In this document: positions 41,157 through 51,321 of the stretch, in pieces
Layout: each line of letters opens with the position of its first letter
Numbering within the stretch: the first letter of the stretch is position 1
Assembly: GCA_029935455.1 (NCBI GenBank)
Contig: JAOZKI010000002.1
Coordinates: 17,294 to 81,293 of the forward strand
Length of the DNA: 64,000 nucleotides
Reading direction: 5' to 3'
Source of the DNA: Lysobacterales bacterium
Lineage (GTDB): Bacteria > Pseudomonadota > Gammaproteobacteria > Xanthomonadales > SZUA-36
The notes under the pieces: generated by a model
What the model saw: only the letters and a program-made list of their open reading frames with translations
Databases searched by the model: none
What the model was told of the DNA's origin: nothing
Made by a program: the position numbers and the translations under genes

Positions 41157-41891
41157 CTAGCTGGCCCGCAACAGGCCGGTAGTCACTTCCCCATCATGTG
41201 CCAGCTCCAACCAGCGCACCGCCGGACCGGCCGGATCTGGCGTGAAGCGGTCTTCGCCCGGCAAACTGTTACTGACCGTAGAAGGCGCACCCAGACCCAG
41301 TGGTCCGTTCAAGGACAGGCTAATGGCCTGATGCACATGCCCCCAGAGTACGGCCTTGACCTGCGGCGCAGCGCGCAGACGGGCCAACAGTGGCTCGGGA
41401 TCAAGTAGTGGAAACCGATCAATCCAGGGGCTGCCCACGGGCTGCGGCTGATGGTGCAGCGCCACCAGCACGGGTCGGGACGAATCCTCCAGCGCCGCAT
41501 CCAGCTGCGCCAGCTGCGTATGGCTGATACGACCGGTGACCTCGCCGGCTACCGCGCTGTTAAGCACGATCACGCGCCAGCTGGCGTCAAAGACCAGCGC
41601 ATCCTGGTAGGCCAACTGATCGAAGCGGCTCACCATCAGCGCCGCATCGTCATGATTGCCGGGTGTGACCAGCAGCGGCGCATGCAGCCCCGCCAGGGCC
41701 TCGGCCAGCCAGTCATAAGCTTCTGCACTGCCATCTTCACTGAGGTCACCGGTGGCCAGCACCAGATCCGGGGCCCAGGCATTGATCACGGGCAACAGGG
41801 CCTCCAGCGTGGCCCGCGCATCCATGCCACGGTAGGGCGTGCCCGCTGCCGCGGGCACATGACAATCGCTAAGTTGAATAACTTTGAACAC
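41157..41891 (-). CDS. cpdA: Class III 3',5'-cyclic-nucleotide phosphodiesterase-like metallophosphoesterase
   Basis: Metallophosphoesterase motifs LSDCH, TGDLSEDG, PGNHD, LHHQP and WGHVHQ. Confidence 0.7.
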   Translation of the reverse strand: MFKVIQLSDCHVPAAAGTPYRGMDARATLEALLPVINAWAPDLVLATGDLSEDGSAEAYDWLAEALAGLHAPLLVTPGNHDDAALMVSRFDQLAYQDALVFDASWRVIVLNSAVAGEVTGRISHTQLAQLDAALEDSSRPVLVALHHQPQPVGSPWIDRFPLLDPEPLLARLRAAPQVKAVLWGHVHQAISLSLNGPLGLGAPSTVSNSLPGEDRFTPDPAGPAVRWLELAHDGEVTTGLLRAS

Positions 41892-41988
41892 GGGCTATAA
41901 CTTCCCTGTCCCGCAACACCCCCGCGAGCGCAGGGGCATCAGATCGGAGGGGGCAGCCGCTTGGCCGCCCCAGCGTGCCGGATAGGCT

Positions 41989-42318
41989 TCAGGCTTCCAC
42001 CACTTCGGCATCCGGCGCGTGGGTTGCCACGGACTTGATACCGTTGGCGCAGCCGCTGGCGGATTTGTACATCTGGCTTTTGCCGACCACTTGTCCATTC
42101 GATGCCTTCAGCACGAAGTAGCTGCGGCCATCTTTGGCAATCTTGGTTTCAAAGCGGCCTTCATCCTGGGAATTCTTACGCACGGACTCAATCCCGTTGC
42201 TGCAGGACTTTTTGGACTTGTAGCGCTCGCTCTGCAAAATCACCTGGCCGTTGCTGGCCTTGAGCACGAAAAAATCCTGGCCATCTTTACTCTTGGAACA
42301 AACAAACTTACCTGCCAT
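41989..42318 (-). CDS. YegP-like protein (tandem DUF1508)
   Basis: Start re-picked at ATG 42318 (GGAGAG upstream). It has two repeats of ...FVLKASNGQV...S..Y.SK.SC.NGI.SV. Confidence 0.85.
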   Translation of the reverse strand: MAGKFVCSKSKDGQDFFVLKASNGQVILQSERYKSKKSCSNGIESVRKNSQDEGRFETKIAKDGRSYFVLKASNGQVVGKSQMYKSASGCANGIKSVATHAPDAEVVEA

Positions 42319-42608
42319 CTCACTCTCTCCTTGCATTGAAACGTTCCCCCCGCCAAGGTCGCCAAGTTGGACGGATGACAGGTCCTCGCGGCTCATTCAC
42401 GAGCCGCGCAAACTAATTTATGCCAGAACAAGAACAGAATTGCGACAGCTGAGCGGCAGATAACTGCGCCAGACTGGCGCCATGAAACTGTTTATACCCG
42501 TCAATGAGGCCCGGCTAGGGCCACAGCACGCCAGTGAAACGCTGGTTCCCTATCAGGTGGGTTATCTGCTGCCGGCACAGCTGGAAAGCGGCGCCACCGT
42601 CTGGCATT

Positions 42609-43055
42609 TCAGTGCAGATCAAAGCGCAGCCGCAGCAGATCACCGGGCATCAGATTCAGCTGCTCAGCCTGACCCGCGTTGAGCTCCAGCACATAGCGTG
42701 CCGGCCCCTTGCTGGGATAAGCAGGGCAGGGGTCTGCCACGCAGGGTCGTGCCCGCGCCACGCTTACCAGCTGCAAATCCGCATCGAAATAGAGAATGTC
42801 CAGTGGGATACGTGTGTTTTTCATCCAAAAGCTGCGCGGCGCCTCGCGGGGAAAAACGAACAGCATGCCGTGGTCCACGGGCATGGAGCGCACAAACATC
42901 AGCCCGCGACGCTGTTCGGCCGCGGTGAGGGCCAAATCGACCGTATAGACCTCACCCTTGAGCTCAACCTCCAGCGGTTGAGCGGCACAGGCGCTCAAGG
43001 AGAGGAGCATCATGAGGAGTGAAAATGGGCGCAGAAAAGGGGGCATGGGTCGCAT
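42609..43055 (-). CDS. DUF192 (COG1430) exported/lipoprotein
   Basis: Signal with lipobox LSLSAC. Motifs RRGLMFVRSMPVDHGMLFVF and FWMKNTRIPLDILYFD are present. The start is ATG 43055 or 43046. Confidence 0.75.
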   Translation of the reverse strand: MRPMPPFLRPFSLLMMLLSLSACAAQPLEVELKGEVYTVDLALTAAEQRRGLMFVRSMPVDHGMLFVFPREAPRSFWMKNTRIPLDILYFDADLQLVSVARARPCVADPCPAYPSKGPARYVLELNAGQAEQLNLMPGDLLRLRFDLH

Positions 43056-43119
43056 GATAACAGCCCCACAGCCCCCACCGGGTAGTGCTTGGAAATGGTT
43101 TCCAGCAGCGCTGGCCGGA

Positions 43120-43656
43120 CTAGCTGGCGGCAACCTCCACCGTGCTGGCCGCTTCGATCTCAAGTGCTTTCATGGCAGCCGCGAAATGTTCCGGCTGCAG
43201 GTTGCCCATCACATTCACCACCACAGCCTGGTCTGGCTGCTGCACGAGTAGCACCAGACCCACAATTGCCTGTTCTGAGCCCTTCATCAACAGGTGCACC
43301 GTATCGCCCTCGTTGCGCACCAGGGCCACGGGCAGCCAGCCGCCCACGCGCAGGCTGGTTTGCATATCACCCAGGTAAGAGGCGGCACGGTGGCTGCCCT
43401 GCTCCAGCGGATAGTGATGTACCTGCACCCCCTGTAACCCCTGCAGCAGGGCGCGGGCCTCGGGATCATCATCCATCTGACTGGCCACCAGGCGCAGCAC
43501 CGTGGGGCCGATTGAGACCGTGGTGGTCTGCCCCACAGCAAGAAGGCTGGCGCCCGGCAGGTCCACAAAGCCGGGATTGCGGTGGCTGGCCGTCAGCCCA
43601 CAGGCACTCAGTGCCAGCAGCGCCAGACTCAAGGCCAGCATACGAAACAGACTCAT
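43120..43656 (-). CDS. DUF4252-like lipoprotein
   Basis: 178 aa with the lipobox LALSAC. Its layout is that of the paralogue upstream (...VQVHHY...VHLLMKG...IVGLVLLVQQPDQAVVVNVMGNL). Confidence 0.7.
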   Translation of the reverse strand: MSLFRMLALSLALLALSACGLTASHRNPGFVDLPGASLLAVGQTTTVSIGPTVLRLVASQMDDDPEARALLQGLQGVQVHHYPLEQGSHRAASYLGDMQTSLRVGGWLPVALVRNEGDTVHLLMKGSEQAIVGLVLLVQQPDQAVVVNVMGNLQPEHFAAAMKALEIEAASTVEVAAS

Positions 43657-44180
43657 GGCTGCGGCAGGTCGATGTCGAACTGCTCCATGAGCGAGCCGAC
43701 TTTACTGGGGTCGATGTTGCCGAGAATGTTCAGAAACACGGCCTCTTCATCATCAACGGCCATTACGGTCAGCCCCTGCATGCCCTCGGCACCGCCTTTC
43801 ATATAGATCTGTACCTGCTCACCTTCTTCCTGCACTTGCACCACCTGTTCCCAGCTTTGGGCGCGCAGCATGTTTTTGACCTTGGCAACCTGATCCATGG
43901 CTGGCGCTACTTGCCCCTCGGTTGAGTAAATATTGATGCGCACGCCTTTTATCTCGCGCATGAACTCGGCAACCTCCGGGTCATGGCTGTCGGCTGCCTG
44001 GCCCATAAAGGCCAGCAGCATGGCCCCGATGTTGACCATCACCTTCGGCTCTCCGTAGACCGATTCCAGCGAACCGAAATCCACATAGCCGGGTTCTGTT
44101 TTCAGCTCATCGTCCTGCGCCGCTGCGGGCAGGGCCATCAACGCCATCAGGGCCACTATCAACCATTGTCTTATGCTCAT
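43653..44180 (-). CDS. DUF4252-like exported protein
   Basis: 175 aa with a Sec signal ending PAAAQD. The pattern VMVNIGAMLL...IKGVRINIY...VQIYMKG...GLTVMAVDDEEAVFLNILGNID fits my recollection of DUF4252. Confidence 0.7.
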   Translation of the reverse strand: MSIRQWLIVALMALMALPAAAQDDELKTEPGYVDFGSLESVYGEPKVMVNIGAMLLAFMGQAADSHDPEVAEFMREIKGVRINIYSTEGQVAPAMDQVAKVKNMLRAQSWEQVVQVQEEGEQVQIYMKGGAEGMQGLTVMAVDDEEAVFLNILGNIDPSKVGSLMEQFDIDLPQP

Positions 44181-44725
44181 GCGTCTTGCTCCTTACGCCA
44201 GTTAAGTTGTTCGGTTATTGAGCGCACGGTGCGCTCCTCAATGGGGTCCCGCATGGCGGCACCAATCGTATTGCTCAGCTCGCGCTCGGTAACCCGCGTC
44301 GCCTTGTCGAGATAGGCCAGGGCCAGCGCCAGGTCCTGACGGGCCTGGGCCAGCTCCGCATCACTGGGCGCGGCCGGTCCCGATGGCTGCGCCAGCAGCA
44401 CAAACACCAGCGGCACGACGGCCAGAGCGGAAAGCCAGCGCCAGCGCAGGCCAGTGCCAGGGCGCTGCTCATTGAAGCGCGCCACATCAGCCGCCAACTC
44501 GGCCCGTTCTGGAATCGCTGCAAGCTTCTGGCGCAAACTGTCCGGCGCGGATTCGGCCGGCAGGGCACTCATCAACTGCTGCAGCTCATGGGCCTGACGC
44601 ACCGCTCGCTCCAGCTCAGGATCCGTGGCAGCCGCACGCTGCAGGGCCTGCAACGCCTCACCTTCCAGTTCACCGTCGAGCAGCTGATTCAGCTGCAGTT
44701 CCCAATCGTTCTCATGCTCGTTCAT
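44177..44725 (-). CDS. Putative anti-sigma factor (single-pass)
   Basis: 182 aa with an N-terminal helical region (LNQLLDGELEGEA), one TM (WLSALAVVPLVFVLLA) and a periplasmic tail. It has 4-nt overlaps with the ECF sigma gene and the DUF4252 gene. Confidence 0.65.
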   Translation of the reverse strand: MNEHENDWELQLNQLLDGELEGEALQALQRAAATDPELERAVRQAHELQQLMSALPAESAPDSLRQKLAAIPERAELAADVARFNEQRPGTGLRWRWLSALAVVPLVFVLLAQPSGPAAPSDAELAQARQDLALALAYLDKATRVTERELSNTIGAAMRDPIEERTVRSITEQLNWRKEQDA

Positions 44726-45210
44726 GGCCTTACCTCCGCGAGTTCTTCCCGCAGTTGCTTACGTGCCCGGTGCAGGTAGACCTTGACCTGCGACAGGCTG
44801 AGTTCGGTGGCGTGCGCTACTTCCTGATAGCTGTGCTGCTGCAAATCACGCAGCACCACCAGGGAGCGATAGGGCTCACGCAGGCCTGCAATGGCGCGCT
44901 GCAGCCAACGCTTCGCTTCCGATTGCTGCGTATCACTCATGGGTCCGTGATGCTCGCTGTGCTGCTCATCGGTCAGCTCCGTTTCCGGCTTACGCCGCCG
45001 CAGCCGATCGAGGCACCCGTTGCGCGTCACGCGCATGATCCAGGGCCCCACGCGCTCCGGATCGATTTTGTGCCGGTGATCCCACAGCTTCATGAATGCC
45101 TCCTGCGCGGCGTCTTCAGCCTCGCTGGCATCCTTAAGCAGGTAGCGCGCCAGGGACCAAACCCGGTCCTGATGCGCCTGTACCCATTGATGAAAAATTC
45201 GGCTATCCAC
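44722..45210 (-). CDS. ECF (group 4) RNA polymerase sigma factor
   Basis: 162 aa with region 2 (DAAQEAFMKLW...RVTRNGCLDRLRRR) and region 4 (SYQEVAHATELSLSQVKVYLHRARKQL). GTG start. Confidence 0.85.
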   Translation of the reverse strand: MDSRIFHQWVQAHQDRVWSLARYLLKDASEAEDAAQEAFMKLWDHRHKIDPERVGPWIMRVTRNGCLDRLRRRKPETELTDEQHSEHHGPMSDTQQSEAKRWLQRAIAGLREPYRSLVVLRDLQQHSYQEVAHATELSLSQVKVYLHRARKQLREELAEVRP

Positions 45211-45310
45211 AGTGCTGTATACGCAGGTGCGAGGAAATGGTTACAAAGAAAGATCACACTATAACCAGCCACCGGCAAACACAGCGTCCCGTGGCGGAAA
45301 CTCGCTACCC

Positions 45311-45339
45311 CTTGAAATAAAAAAATCCCAGCCCCATAA
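45311..45339 (+). promoter_or_regulatory. Sigma-32 (heat-shock) promoter of groESL
   Basis: CCCCTTGAAA-14 nt-CCCCATAA matches the E. coli sigma-32 consensus (CCCTTGAA N13-17 CCCCATNT). It lies about 112 nt upstream of groES. Confidence 0.7.
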
Positions 45340-45451
45340 GGAGTGCAGGCCACGCGTTGGGGCGCAGACCCCAGCCAGCGGCATACGACACCGGCCGGAA
45401 GACGCCGGCTTTTAATTATTTTCAGGTTTAAGAAATGAGGGAGTTAATCCT

Positions 45452-45742
45452 ATGAACCTTCGTCCTTTACACGATCGTGTGATCGTCAAGCGCATGGAAG
45501 AAGAGCGTCTGTCTGCAGGCGGAATCGTGATCCCCGACTCAGCTACGGAAAAGCCCGTGCGCGGCGAAGTGCTGGCTGTGGGCAACGGCAAAATCCTCGA
45601 GAACGGCGACAAGCGTGATCTCGATGTGCAGGCCGGCGATACGGTCCTGTTCGGCAAATACGCCGGCACGGAAGTAAAAGTGGATGGCGAGGAACTGCTC
45701 GTCATGCGCGAAGAAGACATTATGGCCGTGATCGAAGGCTAA
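45452..45742 (+). CDS. groES: Co-chaperonin GroES
   Basis: 96 aa, [18 protein letters not shown]...GGIVIPDSA. Confidence 0.97.
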   Translation: MNLRPLHDRVIVKRMEEERLSAGGIVIPDSATEKPVRGEVLAVGNGKILENGDKRDLDVQAGDTVLFGKYAGTEVKVDGEELLVMREEDIMAVIEG

Positions 45743-45784
45743 GCAGCCGCATCACGATTAGCGACAGATTTTTTTGAGGATTAA

Positions 45785-47431
<1,647 letters not shown>

Positions 47432-47472
47432 GGGAACCCCCTTACGACATCCGCTCGGTCATCGAGCAAACG

Positions 47473-47502
47473 AAAAACCCCGCCCATGTGGCGGGGTTTT
47501 TT
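47473..47502 (+). terminator. Rho-independent terminator of groESL
   Basis: AAAAACCCCGCC-CATGT-GGCGGGGTTTTTT, an 8-bp GC-rich stem plus a T-tract. Confidence 0.8.
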
Positions 47503-47640
47503 GTGGGTGCTTAGAAAGGATAAACCGCCAGTTTGAATCACCGGACAGCTAACAGGGAGTCCAAACCAAGGTCCGTGCTGCTCTCATTCCTCGCTTATCC
47601 CCTCCGGGGGGCTCCTTACGGCGCCTGAAGTTCGGCGCGA

Positions 47641-47821
47641 CTAGCCCGTGGAATCGTGTGAGATTGAGCCTCGGCCTAGATACGCGCTGATGGGAACACC
47701 GGCAAAGCCTCTTATAGTGAGGGCGTCATAGCCACCGCGTGCAATGATCACGCGGGCGGCGGCGAGAATCCGAGCTTGGCAATCGGCAATCGGCAATCGA
47801 TTGGGTGTGTTTGTTGGTCAT
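47641..47821 (-). pseudogene. TetR-like HTH remnant interrupted at a heptanucleotide repeat (tentative)
   Basis: One minus-strand frame reads ARILAAARVIIARGGYDALTIRGFAG, which resembles a TetR N-terminal HTH, and stops at TAG 47641. The only ATG (47821) is in another frame and is separated from it by the 3x7-nt repeat. Confidence 0.25.
47778..47798. repeat. Perfect tandem heptamer (GGCAATC)x3
   Basis: Read directly: ggcaatc ggcaatc ggcaatc. Confidence 0.9.
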
Positions 47822-47902
47822 GGCGATAGAAACAACGCCAATCGTTGGTTTTATGAAAGACGAGAATTTATCACTGATACCATCAACGCTTGCAGATCTG
47901 GC

Positions 47903-48817
47903 CTAGCCCCGCACACGGGCAAAATCGGCCAACACCTCACCCACCTGTTTTAGCGGCGCTTCATGCATACGGTCATACGAATTGTCCGTCCCAGCCGGAC
48001 GGTAATAGGCGGCAAAGACCAACGGGCTGGTTTCGGGGGGTTCAACAAAGCCGATATCGATGTACGTTCCGCCGGTCTGCGGGGTTAGACCGGTGCCGGT
48101 CTTGTCACCGGCTAACCAGCCGTCGGGCAGGCCGGCGCGCACGCGCCCACGCCCAGTTACCGTATCGACCATCCATTGCTTCAACATCGCGCGCTCTGTC
48201 TCCGGCAGCGCGCCGCCATACACCAATTGGGCGACAGTGCGTGCCATCGCCGCGGGCGTGGTGGTGTCGCGTATCTCACCGGGTGGAACCAGATTTACAG
48301 CGGGCTCGTTGCGATCAAGGCGGCTTACCTGATCGCCGATTGAGCGCCAGAAGGCGGTCAATGCAGCTGGCCCGCCCAATTCTCGCAGCAGGATGTTGGC
48401 GGCCGGATTGTCGGATGTGGTTTGGGTTGCGCGGGCCAGATCGCGCAGGCTTGCGCCAGTTTCCAGATGCGGCCGCGTGAACGTATCGGGCCGCATCATA
48501 TCGCTCTCATCCCAGCGCACATGCCGGTCCGCATTGATCTCACCGGCGGCGTGCCGGGCCAATAGCAGCGCGGCGAGAGAAAGCTTAAAGGATGAGGCGT
48601 GGCCGAACCTTTCATCGCGGTTGTGCCCAGCCGCCGCGCCACTGCCGCAATCGAGGACTTCGACCCCCAACGTGCCACCGAAGCGGGTTTCGATGTCTTT
48701 TAGGCGCAGGACTAAATCCTGCGCGGCGCTGGCTCTTGCAATGGTGAAGCCACCCAGGCCAAGCGCGAGGCCAGATGTACCTGCTGCTTTGATGAAAGCG
48801 CGCCGTCTCATGCTCAT
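47903..48817 (-). CDS. Class A beta-lactamase with twin-arginine signal
   Basis: 304 aa with the Tat-type signal MSMRRRAFIKAAG. Motifs are S-x-x-K (ASSFK), SDN (TSDNPAAN), the omega-loop LDRNEPAVN (Glu166/Asn170 equivalents) and KTG (DKTGTG). Confidence 0.88.
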   Translation of the reverse strand: MSMRRRAFIKAAGTSGLALGLGGFTIARASAAQDLVLRLKDIETRFGGTLGVEVLDCGSGAAAGHNRDERFGHASSFKLSLAALLLARHAAGEINADRHVRWDESDMMRPDTFTRPHLETGASLRDLARATQTTSDNPAANILLRELGGPAALTAFWRSIGDQVSRLDRNEPAVNLVPPGEIRDTTTPAAMARTVAQLVYGGALPETERAMLKQWMVDTVTGRGRVRAGLPDGWLAGDKTGTGLTPQTGGTYIDIGFVEPPETSPLVFAAYYRPAGTDNSYDRMHEAPLKQVGEVLADFARVRG

Positions 48818-49052
48818 AGATAGTTGTCCACCTTACGTTTGCCAAAGCGCATTTCGCTTTCCAACTTGGCGCGCGATTCGTCGCAGCCCAATATATGGTA
48901 GCTCAGCACGACGTCGCCCATGTGTGCCAGCGTGGCGGCGCGCGTCTTCCATTCGTCGAGCGTGCGTAGCGCTCGCTAAAGGGAGCAAGCTGCGCCCCTT
49001 CCTCCGTGTGATGGCACCTCTGGTTGACAGGGATCGGCTCCTGCGACGGTGA

Positions 49053-49277
49053 TTCCGCAACCCAAAAATGACACTGACGCGGGGCGGCGTATTCGATTCC
49101 AGAACACCCCTGGTCGAACGGATATCTGACTACGGGACCTTCGTTCTTCATTTCACGGACTGCCATAGCGGCACAATCAGCTACGACATCCCTGCAGCCG
49201 GTTTGGCCGGTGAGATTCCCATCCAGCGCGTTGTCGAAGACAACGCGGCCTTGTGCGAAGCCATGCAGGAAATCTGA
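49053..49277 (+). pseudogene. 3' remnant of a secreted-protein gene (tentative)
   Basis: The frame opens just after a TGA and reads ...GGVFDSRTPLVERISDYGTFVLHFTDCHSGTISYDIPAAGLAGEIPIQRV. No plausible N-terminus lies upstream. It overlaps an equally weak minus-strand ORF (48903-49166). Confidence 0.3.
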
Positions 49278-49293
49278 GTAGCCTGTGCAGCGT

Positions 49294-51321
49294 TCATTTG
49301 CCGCCGGGCTCGGCGAATTTGCTCACCCAGTCACGGACCTCACCGTACCAGTGCAGTGAGTTTGCCCTGCTGAGAATCCAATGGTTCTCATCCGGGTAAT
49401 ACACCAGACGCGACTCAACGCCCTTGGTTTGCAGGGTGCGGTACAGTTCAAAGCCCTGCCCGACCGGTACGCGCAGATCGTTCTGGCCGTGGATGATCAG
49501 ACTGGGGGTCTTGAAGGACTCGGCGTAGTAATGCGGTGACTGTTCCCGATAGATCTCCGGATTCTCCCAATAGGGGCCAAAGCGCTCCATATTGACTGCA
49601 AAGTCCGCCGACATCTGGGCATACAGGTCGTAAACCGCCGCGTGAATCACCAGCGCCTTAAAGGGGTGCTCTTTGCCAAGGATAATGCTGGAAAGATAAC
49701 CGCCATAGCTACCGCCGGCAGCCACCATGCGGTCTTCATCGATAAACGCCTTTTCCGCCAGGAAATCGGCAGCGGCCATCACGTCTGCATAGGGCTTGGT
49801 GATCCAATCGGGGTTGATCGAATCAACGAAGTCCTGCCCAAACCCGGACGAGCCATGGAAGTTCGGCCATGCCGTGACATAACCCCAGGAGGCGAAGGTC
49901 TGGGCGTTCCAGCGGTAGTGGAAGTTGTCGCTGATGGCACCATGTGGGCCGCCGTGAATCAACATCATCAACGGGTATTCTTTGCGCGGATTAAATCCCG
50001 GCGGATAGTGCACCCACATCTGGATGTCGGCACCATCATGGCCTTTGTAGGTGACCGATTCGTAGCTACCGGCATCCACGGCTGCCATGACTTCGTCATT
50101 AAATGTATCCAGACGATTAAAGTTACCGCTTTGCGTATTCACCGTGCCGATGCGCACCGGGTGTAAGGCACTCTGCCGCTGAGCCACCAGCACACCATTT
50201 TCAGCCATGGACAAGGCGCCATAGTCATTCTCTTTGGTGATGGGGCTGGGTGTACTGCCATCCAAAGGGATGCGGTAAACGCGACGGGTCGCTTGATCAT
50301 CGATGGTGCCATAGAAGCCGGTGCCGTCGGGCGCCCAAACCAGGCCACTCACACCGTAATCCCAGCCTTCGTGGTGCATCTGCATGTCACCGTCAGCCAG
50401 GGAATAAGTCATCAGTTTGGCCTGATCGCCATAGAAGCCTACGATGCGCTGGCGCGCGAATGCCAGCTGCTGGCCATCAGGGGAGAACATGGGGCTGTAG
50501 TCGTTGGCGGGGTTATCCGAGGTGAGGTTGCGCGCTTTCTTATTGCCCAGCTCGACCAGGAAAACATCACCGTTGCTGTAAACCGCACCCGGTGTACTGG
50601 TGGTCACGAAGGCCAGATGCTTGCCGTCGGGAGACACGTCGTAGTCCCCGGCCCCAGTGCCCGCAGGCATGAGCGCCAGACCCAGCGGTTCGGTCACGGG
50701 CTCGACCTCACCGCCGGTCGCCGGAATGCGAAACAGATGGTTTTCGCGATCTTCGTTCAGATAGTGATCGAAAAAGGAGTAGGGCATTTCGCTCCAGGTG
50801 AAGGCTGAGATATGGTCTTCCTTCTCGGCTTTCAGCCGATCCGCCATCTCTTCCCAGCTGTGCTGGGGCCAAACACTGGATATGAAGTAAAGATACTCGC
50901 CCTCCCAGCGCAGGGCGCTGACCCCCGTTGGCACATCGGTGAGCTTGCTTGCCTCGCCAGGACCCGCCGTAGGCAACAGATAAATCTGGCCGGCTTCGTC
51001 TTTATCACGCTTGCTGATAAACGCCAGTTGATCGCCTGCCGGTGAGAATACCGGCGCGGAAGCTGCGGAACCCTGCGCCGTGATGGGGCGTCTCGCACCA
51101 CTGCCATCATTGGGCAGCAACCACAATCGGGTTTCGGATTCGTTGTCCTCGTCGTAGCTAGTCAGTGGTACGACCACCATCTCACCATTAGGCGATACCA
51201 CCGGAGCGCCGGCGCGCTCGAGCTCCCATAACACTTTGGCACTCAGGGGAGTTTTACCATCGTCAGCGAAGGCCGCTGAGGTCCCAATAAGCAGAACGAT
51301 AAGTGAGAGCAGAATGCGCAT
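49294..51321 (-). CDS. Secreted S9-family serine peptidase (prolyl oligopeptidase/acylaminoacyl-peptidase type)
   Basis: Start re-picked at ATG 51321 (MRILLSLIVLLIGTSAAFA signal, AGGAA upstream). It has an N-terminal beta-propeller-like region and a C-terminal nucleophile elbow AAGGSYGGY. Confidence 0.88.
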   Translation of the reverse strand: MRILLSLIVLLIGTSAAFADDGKTPLSAKVLWELERAGAPVVSPNGEMVVVPLTSYDEDNESETRLWLLPNDGSGARRPITAQGSAASAPVFSPAGDQLAFISKRDKDEAGQIYLLPTAGPGEASKLTDVPTGVSALRWEGEYLYFISSVWPQHSWEEMADRLKAEKEDHISAFTWSEMPYSFFDHYLNEDRENHLFRIPATGGEVEPVTEPLGLALMPAGTGAGDYDVSPDGKHLAFVTTSTPGAVYSNGDVFLVELGNKKARNLTSDNPANDYSPMFSPDGQQLAFARQRIVGFYGDQAKLMTYSLADGDMQMHHEGWDYGVSGLVWAPDGTGFYGTIDDQATRRVYRIPLDGSTPSPITKENDYGALSMAENGVLVAQRQSALHPVRIGTVNTQSGNFNRLDTFNDEVMAAVDAGSYESVTYKGHDGADIQMWVHYPPGFNPRKEYPLMMLIHGGPHGAISDNFHYRWNAQTFASWGYVTAWPNFHGSSGFGQDFVDSINPDWITKPYADVMAAADFLAEKAFIDEDRMVAAGGSYGGYLSSIILGKEHPFKALVIHAAVYDLYAQMSADFAVNMERFGPYWENPEIYREQSPHYYAESFKTPSLIIHGQNDLRVPVGQGFELYRTLQTKGVESRLVYYPDENHWILSRANSLHWYGEVRDWVSKFAEPGGK

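Noticed and set aside
42387-42408. 8-bp GC stem-loop (CGCGGCTC-ATTCAC-GAGCCGCG) upstream of yegP
   Set aside because: It is a real inverted repeat but occurs only once, has no U-tract and was not found repeated elsewhere in the window. No function can be assigned.
42482-42682. 66-aa plus-strand ORF (MKLFIPVNEARLGPQ...) in the yegP-DUF192 gap
   Set aside because: It has no SD and no motif. Its 3' third runs antisense into the DUF192 gene and turns low-complexity. Evidence for a gene call is insufficient.
43089-43925. 278-aa plus-strand ORF (Pro/Ala/Arg-rich)
   Set aside because: It is antisense to the two DUF4252 genes, which are better supported by signal peptides and the paralogous pattern.
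45203-45211. DnaA-box-like CTATCCACA
   Set aside because: It is a single 8/9 match overlapping the ECF sigma start codon, with no cluster of boxes or AT-rich unwinding element. It is not an origin.
47778-47798. Possible CRISPR or minisatellite
   Set aside because: There are only three 7-nt units with no spacers. This is a simple tandem repeat and is reported as such.
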